Source: an uncultured Spirochaetota bacterium
Lineage (GTDB): Bacteria > Spirochaetota > Spirochaetia > SZUA-6 > Fen-1364
Direction of reading: 5' to 3'
Assembly (NCBI GenBank): GCA_963845535.1
Contig: CAWJSK010000015.1
Location: forward strand, 384,001 to 448,000
DNA: 64,000 nt
Numbering within the stretch: position 1 is the first letter of the stretch; every line of letters starts with the position of its first letter. The notes below the pieces were generated by a model. The model did not search any database. It saw only the letters and a program-made list of their open reading frames with translations, and was not told the DNA's origin. Position numbers and translations under genes: made by a program. Below, one piece after another: positions 62,466 through 64,000 of the stretch.

Positions 62466-63297
62466 ATGAAAAAAGGGAATTACGAAGACAAAAGGGAATC
62501 TACTCGCAAAGGGAAGGACTGCGGAAGTCTACCTGTGGGGTGACAACCAAGTGATAAAGCTGTTCCATGAGTGGTGCCCGGTATCTTGGGCGCAACGTGA
62601 GACAGAAATTGCCGAGACGATTTCTCGTACCAATGTACCAGCCCCAAAATGCTTTGGATCGGTCACAGTAGACAACCGGCAAGGCATTGTCTTCCAGAGG
62701 ATTCAAGGCCCCTCCCTCTTGAGGCTGATGACCTCGAACCCTCTGCGGATGGCTCACTATGCTCGGCTATTGGCAGACATTCAGTCACGGATTCATAGGC
62801 AAGACGGTTCGGCTTTGCCGCCATTACGGAATTCGCTACGCAAAAGTATCCAAGAAGCAGAATCTCTTGACCGCAACCTGCGAGATTTCGCTTGTAAGGT
62901 GCTTGGCGACCTTCCGGATGGGACTGCTTTGTGCCATTTCGACTTTCATCCCGATCAAATCATGATGACTACCCGGGGGCCTGTGGTTCTCGATTGGATG
63001 ACTGCCTTTCAAGGAGACCCGCAAGCAGACGTGGCAAGAACATTGATTCTTTTAGATATGGCGAACATAGCCCACATGGGATGGATTACTAGGGGATTAG
63101 TTGCGGTGGCGAGGCGGCAGATTCATAAATCCTACCTTAAGCAATATCTTGTTCACAACGAAGCAACCAACCTAACTACCATTAAGAAGTGGATGATTCC
63201 AGTTGCGGCAGCACGACTAAATGAAAAGATAAAGAAGGAAGAAGGCACAATCGTTCGCTTTCTCAGGGACGCATCTAGGAAGAATAGAAGCGCCTAA
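62466..63297 (+). CDS. Aminoglycoside phosphotransferase-like kinase (possible 5' frameshift)
   Basis: LLAKGRTAEVY..DNQVIKLF, CHFDFHPDQI, VLDW, GDPQADVART. The frame is open upstream of 62551; ATG 62466 is off by one A in an A6 run. Confidence 0.8.
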
Positions 63298-63424
63298 TAT
63301 CCATAATAGCCTGCTGCGTCAAGAAGATAATCCTGTTCCTCTAGTCTTCCAGCGGTCCTTTGATATCGAAAAATTCCTTCCTTGTTTCAAATGACTGCGA
63401 AGCAACTGTCCCCTCACAAACTCA

Positions 63425-64000
63425 TCAAAAGCAATCTTCAAGATCGAAGTCAGCTATATCGTCCGTCTCGGGTACGGCGCTCTGCTCATCGTGAATATCG
63501 ACTGCCAGATTGCTATCAGGATCATCTTCTTCCCGGGCCGACCTGAGTTCTTCAAGCGCTTTGGCAAATTCTGCTCTGAGGGCTTCAACTGTCCTTTCGG
63601 AGGATGCCTCAAGAAGCTCTTTGCCATTCATAACTTTGCCCTTGACAAATACTTCCACGCCCACTCGCCGCACCAGTTCGTCAACCGCAAGGGTGAAAAG
63701 GGAAATCAGTTCCTCGCTTGAGAAATGAACCATGTCGGCGCGAGTTATTGTTTTATCTGCTTGGGCGAGCCTGACCAAATCCAGAAAAGTCCGGTAGTTG
63801 CTGACCGAGAGCGTTTGCTGGAACATCTTTAATGCCGAGTCGGATTCTTGATATGCAGACAGCAAGTCCGCCTTTCCACGCCGGGCGATCTTGAACACCA
63901 AGTATTCTTGGCGCTCCTGGTCTCTTACAACAAGAACTAACTTATGAGCGGCAACATGGCTGATTCTGCACTCGTTATAACGGTTCATTTTTTGGATCAA
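63425..64000 (-). CDS. Hypothetical protein, C-terminal part (5' end outside window)
   Basis: Open frame to the window edge; acidic tail; no family recognised. Confidence 0.55.
   Translation of the reverse strand: MIQKMNRYNECRISHVAAHKLVLVVRDQERQEYLVFKIARRGKADLLSAYQESDSALKMFQQTLSVSNYRTFLDLVRLAQADKTITRADMVHFSSEELISLFTLAVDELVRRVGVEVFVKGKVMNGKELLEASSERTVEALRAEFAKALEELRSAREEDDPDSNLAVDIHDEQSAVPETDDIADFDLEDCF

Larger units (their letters stand above)
47255..64000. mobile_element. Decaying integrated element / genomic island (right end outside window)
   Basis: Abrupt visible drop in GC at ~47260; first gene is a large serine recombinase; contains IS elements, phage-type methyltransferase relics and pseudogenes. 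Confidence 0.8.

Noticed and set aside
52560..63424. Integron cassette array
   Set aside because: The gene types are cassette-like, but there is no tyrosine integrase, orientations alternate, and I could not find RYYYAAC...GTTRRRY attC ends after the genes.

Overview
Bacterial chromosome segment, probably from a high-GC Spirochaetota-like organism. This taxonomy is an inference from the long spirochaete-type thymidine kinase and the 'FAGGAKE'-type binding-protein leader. Bases 1 to ~47250 are GC-rich backbone. They carry tRNA-Phe, thymidine kinase, a P-type ATPase, an EndoQ(PHP)-UvrD fusion, MFS transporters, an arabinoside-use operon (ABC, GH51, GH127, two AraC regulators), a probable D-apiose-type catabolic locus, and an atypical transketolase paired with an aminotransferase. 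The backbone ends in a tightly coupled three-gene operon: membrane GGDEF, then TPR-S/SLOG/class III nucleotide cyclase, then a TIR protein with a ~200-aa histone-H1-like basic tail. This operon is the best candidate for an undescribed nucleotide-signalling or anti-phage system. From ~47255 the GC content visibly drops and an integrated element begins. Its large serine recombinase is broken by two IS insertions (both with inverted repeats and target duplications), a nonsense codon and a frameshift. The cargo includes an IS1380 remnant, DNA-methyltransferase relics and many small stress/detoxification genes (SAM methyltransferase, SDR, DUF1801, VOC, two DinB, YdeI, ICMT, phosphotransferase). Several backbone frameshifts look like sequencing/assembly indels. 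All family assignments come from motif recognition by eye; no database searches were run.
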